NCBI RefSeq assembly: GCF_006345805.1 | Contig: NC_043002.1 | Location: 71,176,001 to 71,240,000, forward strand | DNA: 64,000 nucleotides | DNA from: Octopus sinensis | Taxonomy: Eukaryota | Direction: 5' to 3' | Part shown: positions 1-14,629 of the stretch, piece by piece | Layout: the number at the start of each line of letters is the position of its first letter | How positions within the stretch are numbered: position 1 is the stretch's first letter | Program-made: the position numbers and the translations under genes | The notes under the pieces: model-generated | Seen by the model: only the letters and a program-made list of their open reading frames with translations | Database searches by the model: none | What the model was told of the DNA's origin: nothing

Positions 1-555
1 ACTTAAAAAGATCGGTATATTTCAATAAGAGCAGATGTGATCGAAGAATTTGGTGAGGCATAATGATTACTCTAGAGTGCAGAGATTGAGGATACTGATC
101 ACTATACTATCAAGGACTTCGCAAATTGAAAAATTTGGAATCAAGTTACCACACACAAACACACACACACACGCACACACACACACATACACGCACACAC
201 ACACACATATATATATATATGCAATGAGATTACTGGAATGTGGTGGACGTGGATAGCTGGATTGTCTGTGAAAGGGGAGATGAAGGAGGCGTCTTTTGGT
301 GCTAACTTTTCACAGAACCATCATTGTTAAGGCAAGAGGCAAACGAAATTTCGGAACAGTTTGTGGTTAATCTTTTCCTGGAGATCAATTTGTACAAGGC
401 ATTACTCACTCCTGGACGATTGACGAAATTACTGAACGCGAAACCACGTGGTTGGGATCAAATTTTTGGAACACTTGATATACCCCCACCTGTATGGTAG
501 CCATGCAGACACACACACACACACACACACACACACAAGTATATATCTATACATA

Positions 556-1632
556 TCAGATCATGCCATAAGTTCTGTCCGATTTTACAATTTTGAAAAT
601 TGAATGAAATTTAATAGTATTTTAGAATGTCTAATGTCTAAGTCTGCAGCCGAAGCGACTCGAAACATACGCTCAGTATATAAGGAAATGCTTGAATGAA
701 AGAACTTGCAGAAGATGGTTTGCAAAATTCAGAAGTGGAAATTTCAGTTGTGTTTGATGATAATCTCCTTGAGGTATTACTTGAAACAAATCTTGCATTA
801 TCAGTTGAAGAATTGACAATAAGGCTTAGTTCAAACCATACAACTGTTCATCGTCATCTTCAATAACTTGGAAAGGTTCCTAAACTTGGAAAATGGGTGC
901 CTCATAAATTGTCCGAAAGCAACCGCAAATCCCGAGTTGACATCAGCTCTTCTCTCTATTCTCGCGAGCACATTTCACTCGTTTTGGATAGACATATGAC
1001 TGGTGGCGAAAAATGGATCTTCTATTGAAATGTTAAACGTTGTAATTAGTGACTTGTTAAAAAGGAAAAGGCTCAACCACAACCGAGAAGGGAACTTCAT
1101 GGAAAAAAGGTTCTTCTCTCTATCTGGTTGGATTGCAAAGGAGTAATTCATTTTGAATTGTTACGATCTAATGCAACAATCAATGCTCAAGTCTAGCGTT
1201 AGCAATTAAAGCATTTGAAACAAGCTTTCAGGAAAGAAAGCCTCGCTTTAGTAAATCGAAAAAGAGTGATATTTCATCAGGACAATGTGTGACCCCACAC
1301 TGCAAAGATCATATCACAGAAGATCGAAGAGCTTGGTTGGGAAAGAATTCCTCATCTACCTTATTCTCCCGACCTTGCTCCTCCAGACTACCATTTGTTT
1401 CGTAGTTTACAGAATCATTTGTGAGACATAACTTTCGCAAGTCAGGAGGAGGTCGAAACTGATATTTCAGAGTTCTTCGCTTTGAAATCAAAAGCGCTTT
1501 ACATTGATGGGATTAAAAAATCGTGTAGATAGATTGAAGGAAGTCATAGATTATCAGGGATCAATTAAATATAACATTTGATCACTTGTTTTCTTTATTC
1601 AAAATTAGGACAGAACTTATGGGATGACCTGA
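556..1632 (+). mobile_element. Degenerate mariner (DD34D-type) DNA transposon with both TIRs
   Basis: ~31-bp TIRs: tcagatcatgccataagttctgtccgatttt (556) and aaaattaggacagaacttatgggatgacctga (1601-1632). Broken transposase retains GKWVPHKL, TGGEKW (normally TGDEKW), HQDN and YSPDLAPPDYHLF motifs, with stops and frameshifts. Confidence 0.92.
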
Positions 1633-4010
1633 AATACATCTGTTTATATGCATGTTTATTTGTGCGTTTCTATGTGCATTAGAGTACGCAATGAAGGAAA
1701 TAAAACGCCCATTTGCTACAGGGAATGTTCAGTGATAATTGATAAATATCTTGGTTAAATATCTTTAATCTCAAATCCTGCAATTTTCAACCCTGTCCAT
1801 TTTCTATACGGAAAGTGCTCATGGTACATGGCTATGCAAGTTAATAATCACGAGGAAAACATTTTGATTTTTTATGCAAATGCTGAGCATTTAATTCGTT
1901 TCGTTCTCTGTACATTTGTTTGAGAACGTACGGAAATAGCTATTAATATTGGGATAATAATACAGTATTTTACATGTCAACAGTAAAATTATATGGATAA
2001 AATATAAAGGGCATGTGATGCATATGAAGTATATCACATTCATTGTATCTTATAAATGGCAAATATATATTGTCTAGAGTAGGAGATTGGGGGAGCGAGA
2101 GGTGAAGGAGAGCATACAATAATATCGGGAATAAAGATATGGAATTATGCATCACAATATTCTATCTCGCTAGTTCTTCAATCAAAATTCTTTTAGCCAA
2201 TCAAAATGTATGCAAATATATCTTGGCTCTTGTTATCATCAAGAAGCAAACATTAAAAGAGCGAATGATATATCAATACTTTGATATTTTAATCATCGTG
2301 CAATTATACACATGAGGAATAAATAAAAACAATAAACACCGAAAAATCCTTATCGTTACAGAACAAAACATCTGAAGCAAAAGTATTCGGAATCTTTACA
2401 ATAACATTTTATCAGACAGTGATGCATCAGTTAATAGTTTCTAAATTGCCTCATATAGATATTGGTTTCTGGTGACTCGAGTATTTGTATAACAGAAAAT
2501 GGCTGTAGACAATGAAGACAACAGATAAAGTGGTACTTGCATAAAAGAATATTGCTTTCTGTTTTAATTCATTATATTCATATATACATAAATAATACGC
2601 GCTTTCGTTTACATTATTTCTTCGCTAAGACACATACGCACAGATTCTCCCATTCTCTTATGCATCTATATATCTATGCATATATTTAAATATATTTGTA
2701 TTTCTATAACTTGTTTAGATGCCAGTCGATATTATTCCAAACTGTTTATAATCTGCGCTAAGAAATGATGTCCATTTACTTTATACAAGTTTAAAGGAAT
2801 TCAATAAAATAAAATAAAAAACGTTTTAATTGAAACTGTTTGATATTCAGTACATCATTGAATTAACTTAATTCTTATATAATATTGCATATCAAATTTA
2901 CGAGCATTGATATGGGTTATTGATACTTTTAGTAAAGGCATTTAAATCACAATAGACGAAATACCAATCCTTCAGTTTGTGCAATATATGATGGAAGCAT
3001 TTGAAATGATACATGAAATATTTATTACTAGAAGAAGAATTGTTTCGGAACAATTTGATGCTCCAAAACCATATTTATAATGAAAATTTCTATTTTTGTT
3101 ATGGCAGCTTTATAATAAATATAACAAAAGATGAATACCATTTACTATAATTTCAAAATATTTTTCTATAACTCTAAATGGAATACTCTCCTATGAATGT
3201 GAGTGCGGAAACATATAAATATAATTATGTGTACACATATGTGTATATAAATATAAATATAAATATGCATATGTGTATATGTATTTATGTATGAATGTAC
3301 GTCTGCCTTCACATACATTCCCACATCAGCATAAATGCCTTACATAGAGTAGTTGTAATTTTGTCAGATTCAGCTGAAATTTGATACTACCAATTCAGTT
3401 GCACAATGCACACACACATGCACATATGCACAAAATAAAAGCACCCATACGCATTTATATTACATATGCAGATATGGGCGTTTATTTTATGCGTACACAT
3501 GTGTATATATTATTACTACCACTATATTATTATATCATTTTTAGTCAAGCAGACGATAAATCGGTTGGCTACTTGTTATATTATGAATTGATATGAAGCA
3601 AATCATTTGCTACTATTTATCATTTATTCATAGATTAGTTATTAGTTGCTGTCGGGAAATTTCGGGTGGGATTGCACCGTTAACATTTCAATCATTTCAG
3701 AAAAAAATCGCGAGTGTTAGTCTTCACTACATGAATGCTATTCGTAAGTTGCATATAAGTCGTGTCAGCTTTATTCAGTGACGTATCTGAGTTTAAAACA
3801 ATAATTGACATATTTGAACGAGATTTTCTCTGAACGTGCCACGTTCCAAGAATTTGAAACCGCACTACAGCATTAAATTACGTCTGAGAAATGGAGGCTT
3901 TTATATTTTAGCCTCACCCAGACTAAATAAGAACAAAAGATTCCGAGTAGTCAGCATAAAAGAAACAGGTGATAGGTAAACGTATTAGATAGCAAGAGAT
4001 TTATACCGTG

Positions 4011-4499
4011 CCGTAATCCCTCGATTATCGCTAGTGCTACGTTCCAACCCCACCACCCACCCTAAGATAGGTGAAAATCTGCGAAGTAGAAACAGTACTT
4101 TTTTTATATTTTGTATATTTTTTAATTATTTTTATAATTTGTATATATTTATTTTATCATAAATGCAAAACAACACCATGGAGGAATCAATGTAAGCTTA
4201 AATAATAAGCAGCGATAGGTGAACCGCGATATGGTGAGCTTAACTGCGTTATGATGAATGTTCCGTTGCAAAACCCTCGGTGATATGTGAAGATCCGCGT
4301 AGTAGAGATAGTACTGTACAATATTTTTTCTTACTTTTTTAATTTGTATATAGTTATTTTACTGTAAATGCAAAACAACTACATGGAGGAATCGAAACGG
4401 CATAAGGTTAAATAATAAACCGCGATAAGTTGACTGCGATAAGGGAACTGCGATAAGTGAACCACGATAGGTGAACCGCGATATGGCGTGGGATTGCTG
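4011..4499. mobile_element. Non-autonomous Tc1/pogo-like MITE with internal tandem duplication
   Basis: Imperfect termini ccgtaatccctcg / cgtgggattgctg, repeated gcgataggtgaacc motifs, and two diverged internal copies (~4075-4240 and ~4290-4450). Family assignment is by resemblance only. Confidence 0.55.
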
Positions 4500-4785
4500 T
4501 ACCTCATTTTCATTTGGAATAGATGTATATTTCCTCAAATTGATATCCATGAATATAGACAAGACGGTAAGTCTGAATATAATGTCACTTTTCAAGAGTT
4601 TAGAATTAGAGAACATTTATGAATGATGTATCAATTTCCTGAAAAGCACAAACACAAGGAACGCAGTACATTAACCGATATAATGTAACGTCCATTATGA
4701 AGGGCTGTTTAATGGTTCACTATTAAAATTGTCTTCTTCCGTGTTTCTATACTCAGTTGTATTTCAAGTCTAATCGGTTGTACTG

Positions 4786-4831
<46 letters not shown>

Positions 4832-4850
4832 ATGTATATATATATATATA

Positions 4851-4903
<53 letters not shown>

Positions 4904-4950
4904 TGTGTGTATACATATGTCTATACATACACACCCACACACACACACAC

Positions 4951-5002
<52 letters not shown>

Positions 5003-5205
5003 CACACACATATAAACAAACACATATATCTGAATATGAGTTTAAAGTGATGTATTATTCTGGTAGTTAAGGGTTTCCTCTTAAATCGGTTTCAGATGCT
5101 GGCTAGCCACAACGGTCTTTTTTTTTAATACCTGTGTTAAGAATAAAGTTGCTAGGCTCCGGTAACCTGTCTCGCATTCTCCTTAATCAAAAGAAAAAGG
5201 GGAAG

Positions 5206-5248
<43 letters not shown>

Positions 5249-5250
5249 AT

Positions 5251-5307
<57 letters not shown>

Positions 5308-5310
5308 CAT

Positions 5311-5341
<31 letters not shown>

Positions 5342-5459
5342 TATATATATAGAGAGAGAGAGAAATAGAGAAAGAGAGAAAGAGAGAGAGAGGGGAGAGA
5401 GAGAGAAAGAGAGAGAGGGGGAGAGAGAGACAGAGAGACAGAGAGAGAGACAGACAGAC

Positions 5460-5790
5460 AGGAATCGTGGCTGCGTGGTTCATGCTTCCAGGTTCTATCC
5501 CATAAGGTGGCACCTTAGGCAAATGCCTTGAACTACAACGTCAACGGAAGAACTGTATGGGGATTTGTTAGGCGGAAACTGAAAGAAGCCGACATGTATG
5601 TATTTATGTATTAGTATGCAAGTTTGTACCTCACCGCCGCTACTCAATCAGTGCTAGTTTGTTTATGTCCCTTTAACATAATTGTTAAGCCAAAATAAAC
5701 CAATGGAATTAATATCAGGCTTTAAAATGTACTGGAGCTGATTGCTAAGACTAAACCTTACAAAACGACGCCCCCGGCATGGCTGCAGAC
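5460..5790 (+). mobile_element. Degenerate tRNA-derived SINE, family A
   Basis: Diverged match to the 8343-8750 copy (gtggctgcgtgg, ggcaccttaggcaa, cggaaactgaaagaagcc). Confidence 0.7.
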
Positions 5791-6516
5791 GTTCAATTTG
5801 TTTAGAGTGATCAAATGTTTGTGTAGACATAAGCTCATTCCCTTCATCGAATCGACATTACCTTCACTGGTAAGAAGATTAAAGAGAAGCGACAAAAGAG
5901 GAAGTGAAGAAAGAAAATTAGAAATTGAAACGAATGGATGGTTCTGAAATGAAAATATGGTTTAAATTTAAAGTGCATCCTAAACGATATCCTTTGTAGG
6001 GTACTAGCGTCCGGAATGTGACTCACTAACCGTCGCGAGCTGCGCAGCAAAAATGTCTGAGAGCGAAGTACGAAAGCACTTGTTTTGAATACAGATTCTT
6101 GCGAGTAGCTTACTGAGGTTGAAAGCGGAATAGCCTGTTGAATCCTGAGCTGAGAAACGTACCCGGGACCACACAAGTTAGATTGATTCCCACCTTTGCC
6201 TTCAAGTTCCTCAGGCCAAATAAGAAAACAAAAAATTCAGAACAGAACAAGATGCATAGATGGTTTCATACATATATATATTTATAACGTCGTTCGGTTT
6301 ACATATAATTCCTGACACACGTCTCTCCACTTTCGGAAATTTAATATGAAACTGGTAAAGTGTATTCTCGTGTTTTAAAATATAATTACATTTTAATTAA
6401 TTCTATTTTCTGTGCATTACCAACTTCTTATCTTCTATTCCTCCACTTGTTTGTATTCATAACAATTTTTCTATACAAACACACACAAATGTGTGTGTCT
6501 GTATATATATATATAT

Positions 6517-6565
<49 letters not shown>

Positions 6566-6657
6566 ATATATACATACATGTGCATGTGTATATGCATATA
6601 TACAGACAGACACGCGTCTGTCTGTCTGTATATATATATATTAAGGAATATATATAT

Positions 6658-6706
<49 letters not shown>

Positions 6707-6731
6707 TATATATATATATATTAATAAATGA

Positions 6732-6792
<61 letters not shown>

Positions 6793-8142
6793 GCATATAT
6801 AGATGTATGCACATGTACATATATACACATATATATCACCAGTATGCAGGAATAAATAAGCATGTACATTCGTGACTTATTAAAAATTCATTGAGGATTA
6901 CTTACAATTGTTCCTGTTCAATCTTTCGGAGCACGTGTGCGTACGTGTCTGTATGAGTGCATACTTGAGCATGATTCTATATATGCGCACGCGCATGCAT
7001 GTGTGTGTGTGTGTGTCTGTGTGCGTGTGTAAGCATGCCTCCGTATGTGTGTGTGAGAGTGTAAGCATGTTTGTGTATGCTTATATTTCCCTGCCTGATT
7101 GCGTGTGTAAGAGTCAAGTATGTTAATGAATACGCGAAATATTATCTACAAAAATATGCATGTTTTAAATGCGCCAGGCAAATAAGATTTATTAAATGTT
7201 ATAATTGTGCTTCTTAACATCAAAAAAAATTAATCGTTGTTGTATAAATCGTGAAACTATTTTCAGATGCTAAACAGATAATTATGGATTAAAATAAGAA
7301 TATAAAAAATATAAAAGGAATGTTGAACTGAAATTAAAACGTTAAACGTTTTATAGCTGACACATAATCTTAACTATATCTCACGATAATTAAATTTTGT
7401 ATTAATTTCATTTCCTCATGATTTAATATCACAGTTACTTTATGATTTATGTGATAATTAGCGAGATTGGTAATTCCTGGTGGTGAAAGAATCTTCTTCA
7501 GAATTGTGTATTTTTGTATTTCTATTGAGCTTTTGTGATTGATTTTTTTTGTACATCCCTGAGATATTAATGCACCCTTTACAGTGCTGGTTGTTAGGGA
7601 ACAAATAGTATAAATTCAAGTTTTCTTGGTTCATGATCGAATCTTCCACCTGACTAATAATTAGAAGAATAGATAAAAGATGAAGCATTAGACTTAAAAT
7701 TAAGATCGAAACTATAGTTCTTATGTGAAAAGTAGAATCATTATTAACTTCCGATAAGGACGTGCAAGGCAGAATCCTAAGCACACGGACAAAATGCTTA
7801 GCAGCATATATTCCGTCTTCATATTTAGAGTTCAAATTCCGTCAAGTTTTCTTATTTTGGTCGAGTCCTAGGTGACATTATGATGGTTACTCAGTTTCCA
7901 TGGCGCAAGTGACCGAGATCACAATATACCCGGTTCGTTGCAGCGTAAAAGACACGCAGTTTTGAAGCGATTGGACAAGTCAATTATGTCGACCTTATGA
8001 TTTGACTTGGTATTTTAATTTATCGACCACGATAAAATAAGCACCAGTTGATCACTAGAGTAGATGTCATCGACCTTCAACCTCGTCTGAGGGAGAATTG
8101 TTTGCCTTATGCCAAAATTTGGAACTATTATTAGTTTCCAAT

Positions 8143-8300
8143 AAGGCCGCGAGTTGGCAGAGTGTTTGGCATCCTGGGCAAAGTGATAAGCGGCATTTCG
8201 TCTGTCTTTACGTTCTGAATTCAAATCCATCGATTTCGACTTTGCTTTCATCAATCCGGCGTTTGATGAAATTTGCGGTTATACTGAGACACCATATTCA
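8143..8300 (+). mobile_element. Degenerate SINE, family B
   Basis: aaggccgcgagttggcaga head and ttctgaattcaaatcc B-box-like segment match the 26821-27053 copy. Confidence 0.65.
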
Positions 8301-8342
8301 CGAGATTAGTCTAACATACTGGCGTCTGTAATTATTTCCAAA

Positions 8343-8750
8343 CAGGAGTGGCTGTGTGGTAAGTAACTTGCTTACCGACCACATGGTTCCGGGTTCAGTC
8401 TCCCTGAGTGGCACCTTCGGCAAGTGTCTTCTACTATAGCCTCGGGCCGACCAAAGCCTTGTCAGTAGATTTGGTAGACGGAAACTGAAAGAAGCCCGTC
8501 GTATATATGTATATATATACGTATGTGTGTGTATATGTTTGTGACTCTGTGTTTGTGCCCCCAACATCGCTTGACAACCGATGCTGTTGTGTTTATGTCC
8601 CCGCAACTTAGCGGTTCGGCAAACGAGACCGATAGAATAAGTACTAGGCTTACAAAGAATAAGTCCTGGGGTTGTTTCGCTGGACTAAAGTTGGTGCTCC
8701 AGTATGGTCGCAGTCAAATGACTGAAACAAATAAAAGAGTAAAGAGTAAA
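8343..8750 (+). mobile_element. Full-length tRNA-derived SINE, family A (octopus-type)
   Basis: A-box-like tggctgtgtgg, B-box-like ggttcagtc, core ggcaccttcggcaagtgtctt, internal TA/TG microsatellite and (taaaagag)n-like tail. More than a dozen related copies or fragments occur in the window. Confidence 0.9.
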
Positions 8751-10814
8751 TATTAACTTTTGTGAAAACTATTCGCTGAAATTCTAATTTACAGAAAAAA
8801 AAATATATTAGTATAAAGAAATCTGATCTTTAAGGCAGTGTGAATATATAATGCAGACATGGGCAGAAATACTGATATGCGGAAACGCACACATATACAC
8901 ACACACACACACATGCTCACATACGTGTACAGTGTGTGTATGTGTGCGTTTGTGCCTGCGTGTGTATGTGGATGCAGAATGGTTGATTGGTTAGAATGTT
9001 AGCTTCGAAATCATGATAGCATGTCTGTGGCATCATGGGCAAATGTCTTTTACTATCGCTTCGGGTCGTTGTAAGACCAGTGAGAAATATTACGCGTTCA
9101 TACTACGCTGAGGTCAACTTTGCTTTCGTCTCTTCATGGTCGATAAATTAAAATAACGAGTCAAATGTTCAGGTCGTTATAATTGACTTATGCCATCGCG
9201 TCAAAACTGCGTGCCTTCTACTCTGCAACGGACCAGCGTCTCAAACCGGGGCGAGGATAGTGTGATCTCGGTCACTTACGCCACGAAAACCGAGTAGCCA
9301 TCATTACGTTATCTGGGACTCGAGGAAAATAAGAAAAGAATATGAAATTAAGACTTTAATACTCATGTACACTTTATTGGAATAAATTCGCGCATTATTT
9401 TGGAATACGCGTTTCACCAAACGTCTTTGAGAAATATTTATCGTAATGTTATTTCTTTATATTTGAAATACAGCCATTTTGTGGAAGCAAATCGTTTTGA
9501 AAAAAAATATTTCTCAACATGATTAAATGTACTGTCTGCTGTTCTAGATGTATTTAGAACATTTTCGATAGTATACGCAATCGGATAGTAAAATTTTGTT
9601 GCAAAAATCTATAATTGAAGAATCGGAAGCCCTAATTAGAGAAGGCTTGTGCTAACGTCGGCTTAATCACATTGACTAGGACAGTACACTAGACATTCGC
9701 TGTTTTCACTGAATAGCACTATTAGGAAAACCGCCATCTTCTAATATAGGAGTCGCAGACAACCATGTGTTCGTGCATTCACGCGTTTCATTAGACAGAT
9801 TTTTAAGAAGCATATTCTCTTTCTTTCTTTTTATTTATCTCTCTATTTCACTCTCTCTCTCTCCTTTTTCTGTCTCTCACTTTCTCTCTTTATATATGTG
9901 TGCGTGCATGTGTGTGTGCGTGTGTGTTATTTGAATATGTTTATGCGTGTTCCTGTGCATTAGTGATTGTATATCAATGTTTCTAGTGAAAAGAATTAAG
10001 ATAATGACAGGGAAGTGATTTGGGAGAGGGCAAAGTAAAGAAAGAACGAACGAACGAAACAAAGAAAGAAAAGAAGGAAGAAAGAAAGAAATAAGAATGA
10101 CAGAATGAAAGAGAATATATGAGGTGAATTGGATGGCAGAGTAACTCTAGAAGTAGGGAAAATAGAATTTCGCCTTGCTGGTCACGTAGTATTGATAGCT
10201 ATGTTAAAATCTATTTAAACAGTATTTCCGGATACTGCCTGTTCGTGTCATATCAGTGAATAGCTTTGATGTGAATGCTATGTTGAGAAGAAATAAAGTT
10301 GGGAAGTCAGTCAATAAGAGACATGCTTTGCAATAGTTGTCGATTGGGTTGTACAGAGACCGTTATTTGACTAAATAATTAGAATGAGCTTCGTAGAAGC
10401 CAATGAAATAGACATCATACTTTCAATATAACCAACGGGAATCGGTAACAGATTGTAAGTTGATGTACATAGTGGAATGAACCTTTTCAGTATGAGGAAT
10501 GAGTTCGCCAACATAGATGCACTCATGTTGATGAAATTATAGGGTCTTGAAGAAGAATGATGATTAAAGAATTTTAAATGATTTACATGAAGGCCTAATG
10601 AAATTTTACACATTCAACAGGTTTAAGATTTAAGGTTTAACACACGTGTTAAGAATTCCATGTCTTAGATGTTGCTGAATTCATTATATAAATTTTATCA
10701 TTTATTATGGAGAGGAAAGCGATAACCATATTTTCCCAAAGTGTTCTTCATAGAGAGATGTGTCCTGTTGGATTTGTAATTTTGCAGATCATGTGCTAGA
10801 ACGTTCTGCATGAA

Positions 10815-11118
10815 TTTGGAAGACGGAAACTGAAAGAAACCCGTCATATAGATAAATCTGTTTGTATGCGTGTATATGTGAGTGTTTGTATCTAGGTGTT
10901 TGCGTGTGTCTTTGTTTAATGTTTATTTCCCCTCTTCCCATCAACGCGGGACAACCGGTGTTGGTGTGTTTACGTCCCCGAAAGCTAGCGGTTCGGTCGA
11001 GAGACCGAGAAAAATAAATACTAAGCTTTAAAAAATCCTGGGGTCGATTTATTCGATAATATCCTTCAAATGGTGCTCCAGCATGGCTGCTTTCAAAATA
11101 ACTAAAACAAGTATAGGA

Positions 11119-11201
<83 letters not shown>

Positions 11202-11545
11202 ATATATATATGGTAGTGTAGTAAGGTTTGCTTTCCAACCACATGGTTCCAAATTCAGTCCCACTGCGTCGGCACTTTGGCCAAATGTCTTCGATCATAA
11301 ACTCGCGCCAGAGTTGTGAGTGGATCTCGTAGGAGCAAACTGAAAGTAGCCCGTCAAATATGCGTGTGTATGTGCGTGAGGGTGTGTTTGTGTGTGGTGA
11401 TGTACCCATCACCACCTGCCAAGCAATGTTTTGTTTACGTCCCAGTAGCTTAGCATATCAGCTTATAAGAATAAAAGGCTATAAGATCGTCCCATTCGAC
11501 CAGAAATTCTTCTAATGACTGAGACATGTAAAGGATAAAAGATAG
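10815..11545 (+). mobile_element. Two degenerate family A SINE copies separated by (TA)n
   Basis: agacggaaactgaaagaaacccgtc and ggtgctccagcatggc (10815-11115). A second head ttccaaccacatggttcc starts near 11211. Confidence 0.75.
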
Positions 11546-11623
11546 ATATATACTGCTTTCCATATTACAGATATAGGAACCTATTTCATTGTATAATTGA
11601 GTATACATACATACATACACACA

Positions 11624-11901
11624 TAGGAAAATTGAATAACGAGACGAAATCTCGGGATGTTAAATCATTTATATCTTGAATTCTTCTACATATGTTTCGA
11701 AGAACGCACTCCAAAATGTCCGACAAGATAAATTATGGTCAGCAATGCATAAGTCTTATCAGGAAGGATATAACATTGCTGACCACAATTTATCCTGTAG
11801 GACATTTTAGAGTGCATCCGACAAAATATATGTAGAAGAATTAAAGATATAAATGGTTTAACAACATCCCGAGAGTTCGTCTCCTCATTCAATTTTCCTA
11901 T
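11624..11901. repeat. Long imperfect inverted repeat containing a decayed hammerhead motif (Penelope-type terminal relic)
   Basis: 11624-11747 is the diverged reverse complement of 11774-11901. Minus strand 11681-11768 reads tccttc CTGATAA [stem II] GAAA catatg TA gaagaa. Confidence 0.7.
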
Positions 11902-14259
11902 TTTCTACTAAATACGACTTACTATCCCGGATTTAAATCCTGAGACACTTAAGCAACATTGAGCTACCTGGTAACTATTCTCCTGCATTTTTCCTTCAAA
12001 TTATAAACTCTACATAATACTAAAATACATACATACATATATATAGTTAATCCAAACATGAGAGCACAAAGAGAAAACACAACAACGCCAGGACGTGGAT
12101 CAAATATAGTATTATTGGACGCTCAGGAGGGAAGGGAAGATGGAGGGTTTAACGTTTCGAGCGGAGCTCTTCGTCAAAAACATAGGAAAAGGAAAGCTCC
12201 AGAGAAGGGAAGACGGAGGAAAAAAATTGCCAACGGTACACACGCGGTCAGGCTTATACAATGCATCTGTATATTCTAGGTTCCTATATCTATCATGCTT
12301 CTAAGTCAAGTCTTCAATATATTAATTCTCTGATTCTTAAGAAACTAGAACGTTTAGCTGTTTCTTGGAAAATGCTACGAGAAAAACAATTTGACATTAA
12401 AGCCATATGTAAATGCAGATTCGCTAATTAGATATGGAGACAAAGAAGGACTTTTTTTTGGCAGTAATTGACAAGTTGTTCGACAGTATCTCATTGAACA
12501 TCATCAATATTCCATTCTGACTGACTTGGCTAAACATTATCGTCACCACTCTTCGAAGCGTAACATTATAGCGGCTATTTCTTAAGTACAGGCGTGTAAA
12601 TTTAGCTTTGCATTAATGAAATGTGTGCATTATCCACTAAATGGATAATGCAGCTGCCTCTTTTATTTCTTGCTCTCCTTCTCTCATTTCCTCTGTCTCT
12701 CACTCTCTGTCTCTCTCTCTCTCTCTTGCTGAAATCCGTTTACGTAGACACATACACACAAGAATATTGACACTAAAGCTCTTTTCTTTTTCCTCCCCTT
12801 CCGAGTAAACACGTTAGGAAATTGCATTTAAGATTGCTTCATGCATTAACTAAGTTTTATGTCTTAAAAGAAATTTGTAAAATTGATAATGTTAGGCCAC
12901 TAGTATTAGGCTGTAAATTATCTGGTGTGTCCTAATTTTTATCCGCTTTTAGAACAGCAGAACAGGAAATATTCTGGGATGACACTAGAATATTTTGAAA
13001 AAGAATAAACTAAAAGATGTACTATTCGAATTTTTCGTATATAAGCTTGAGACCAAAAATATCCAGGGGAAAAAACCAGTTGATTAAAGTGACTTAATAT
13101 TCCAACTGTACGGAAAAAAGGGTTCAGCTAACTGATACGTAAGTTTTTACTCTCAAAAGATAAGAAAGAATATCTAAGGATTCTCGTAGTATTGATTTTT
13201 CAATGTGTAACAAGGCTGTAACTATACACGTAGTGTATGCATTTCTTTATCATTCTTTAAATAGTAAAAAGTAACTGAAAGCAAGAGGAATTTCTAACTC
13301 AGTGTAGCACTAGAGAACATTTAACAGAGCACGTATTGTTGCAAGCAATTGAGCCACACCAGGAGATCAACTATCATTCGCATTTTCCCTGCACTGCATA
13401 CATTCAAAATCAATACAACTCGACATTACTCTTTCTAACATTAACAATATATTTTTTTATATATTGTATGACAAAGACTAATTTCTCAATGAACTATCAT
13501 TACACCAAGAACACAGTGTAATATTGTCACATTGCCTACGTCACTATGTCTTCATCAATCTAACGAGTCAAATTTTCTATTTGCAAGAATTATGACACAT
13601 TCTTTCCACTTATTCAGAAAGACGAGTCCGAAACTATTCAGTATCCCGGTTTCAAGTGCCATTCCCTGTCATTGTCACGTGTAGTACAACCTTACAACAG
13701 AGAGGCATTGTTAGTTGTCACTTTCTTTTATATTAAACTGATTCGCTTGTGTTTCTGAATACTAAGTGCTAATAAAAAGTAAATCATCCCCTGTCAAGTT
13801 TTTATGAGACATACATAACCTTAGTATATTTGTAGTATATATAACATACTTAAAATTTGACAGTTACGTATGAATGCACTTATTAATTTATGTAAAGAAG
13901 TTGTAACAATACAAAATGTCTCGCTGTTTTTATAGAATTCTGAATAGAATTTCAAAATATTTATACATTTTATAATGTGTTATAAGAAATAACTTTTTGT
14001 TATGTAAAAAGTAGATAGTTATGTAAAAAGGGAAGTAGATAGATTTAGCCATACGTTGAAATGTTTGTAGAGTGTGGTAACCAATTACTGCAGGCCACGT
14101 AATGCAAGAAGCTACCACTTCTGCGCACCAACACAACAAACTCCATTCTTCACAGACATTACTTTTTCTGACAACAAATATTTAATATTTATAGTTAATA
14201 AAACCTGAAAAAGCTATTGTTAAATAAGCACGTATATGATTAATGTAAAGCTCAATACG

Positions 14260-14291
<32 letters not shown>

Positions 14292-14589
14292 ATATGTCGC
14301 CATGATAGATTGCTAGCCACTACACATTCTTTATTTTCTCTCCTTGCCTCCTACTGTGTTCCTTTCTGTGGAAGAGTGTAGGCTCGAAACATTAAAGACT
14401 TTTTTACTTTCCTAGCGTTATACTAATACATCTGTTTGTTGTCTACACAACTTGCCTTCTTTTTATTTGTGAATTCTCCCTATATGTATAAGCTTGGGAT
14501 TAGAAAGTAGTCCGTAGTACAATATGTTATCATATGTATGTGTGTGTATACATGTATATATTATGTATATGTATGTACCCATGTATGAA

Positions 14590-14629
<40 letters not shown>

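Noticed and set aside
645-680. ctgcagccgaagcgactcgaaac as a possible hammerhead
   Set aside because: No CUGANGA core or stem I. It encodes the mariner N-terminal AAEATRNI segment.
8343-8420. tRNA gene at SINE heads
   Set aside because: Only A/B-box-like remnants are present. There is no complete cloverleaf and the sequence continues into the SINE body.
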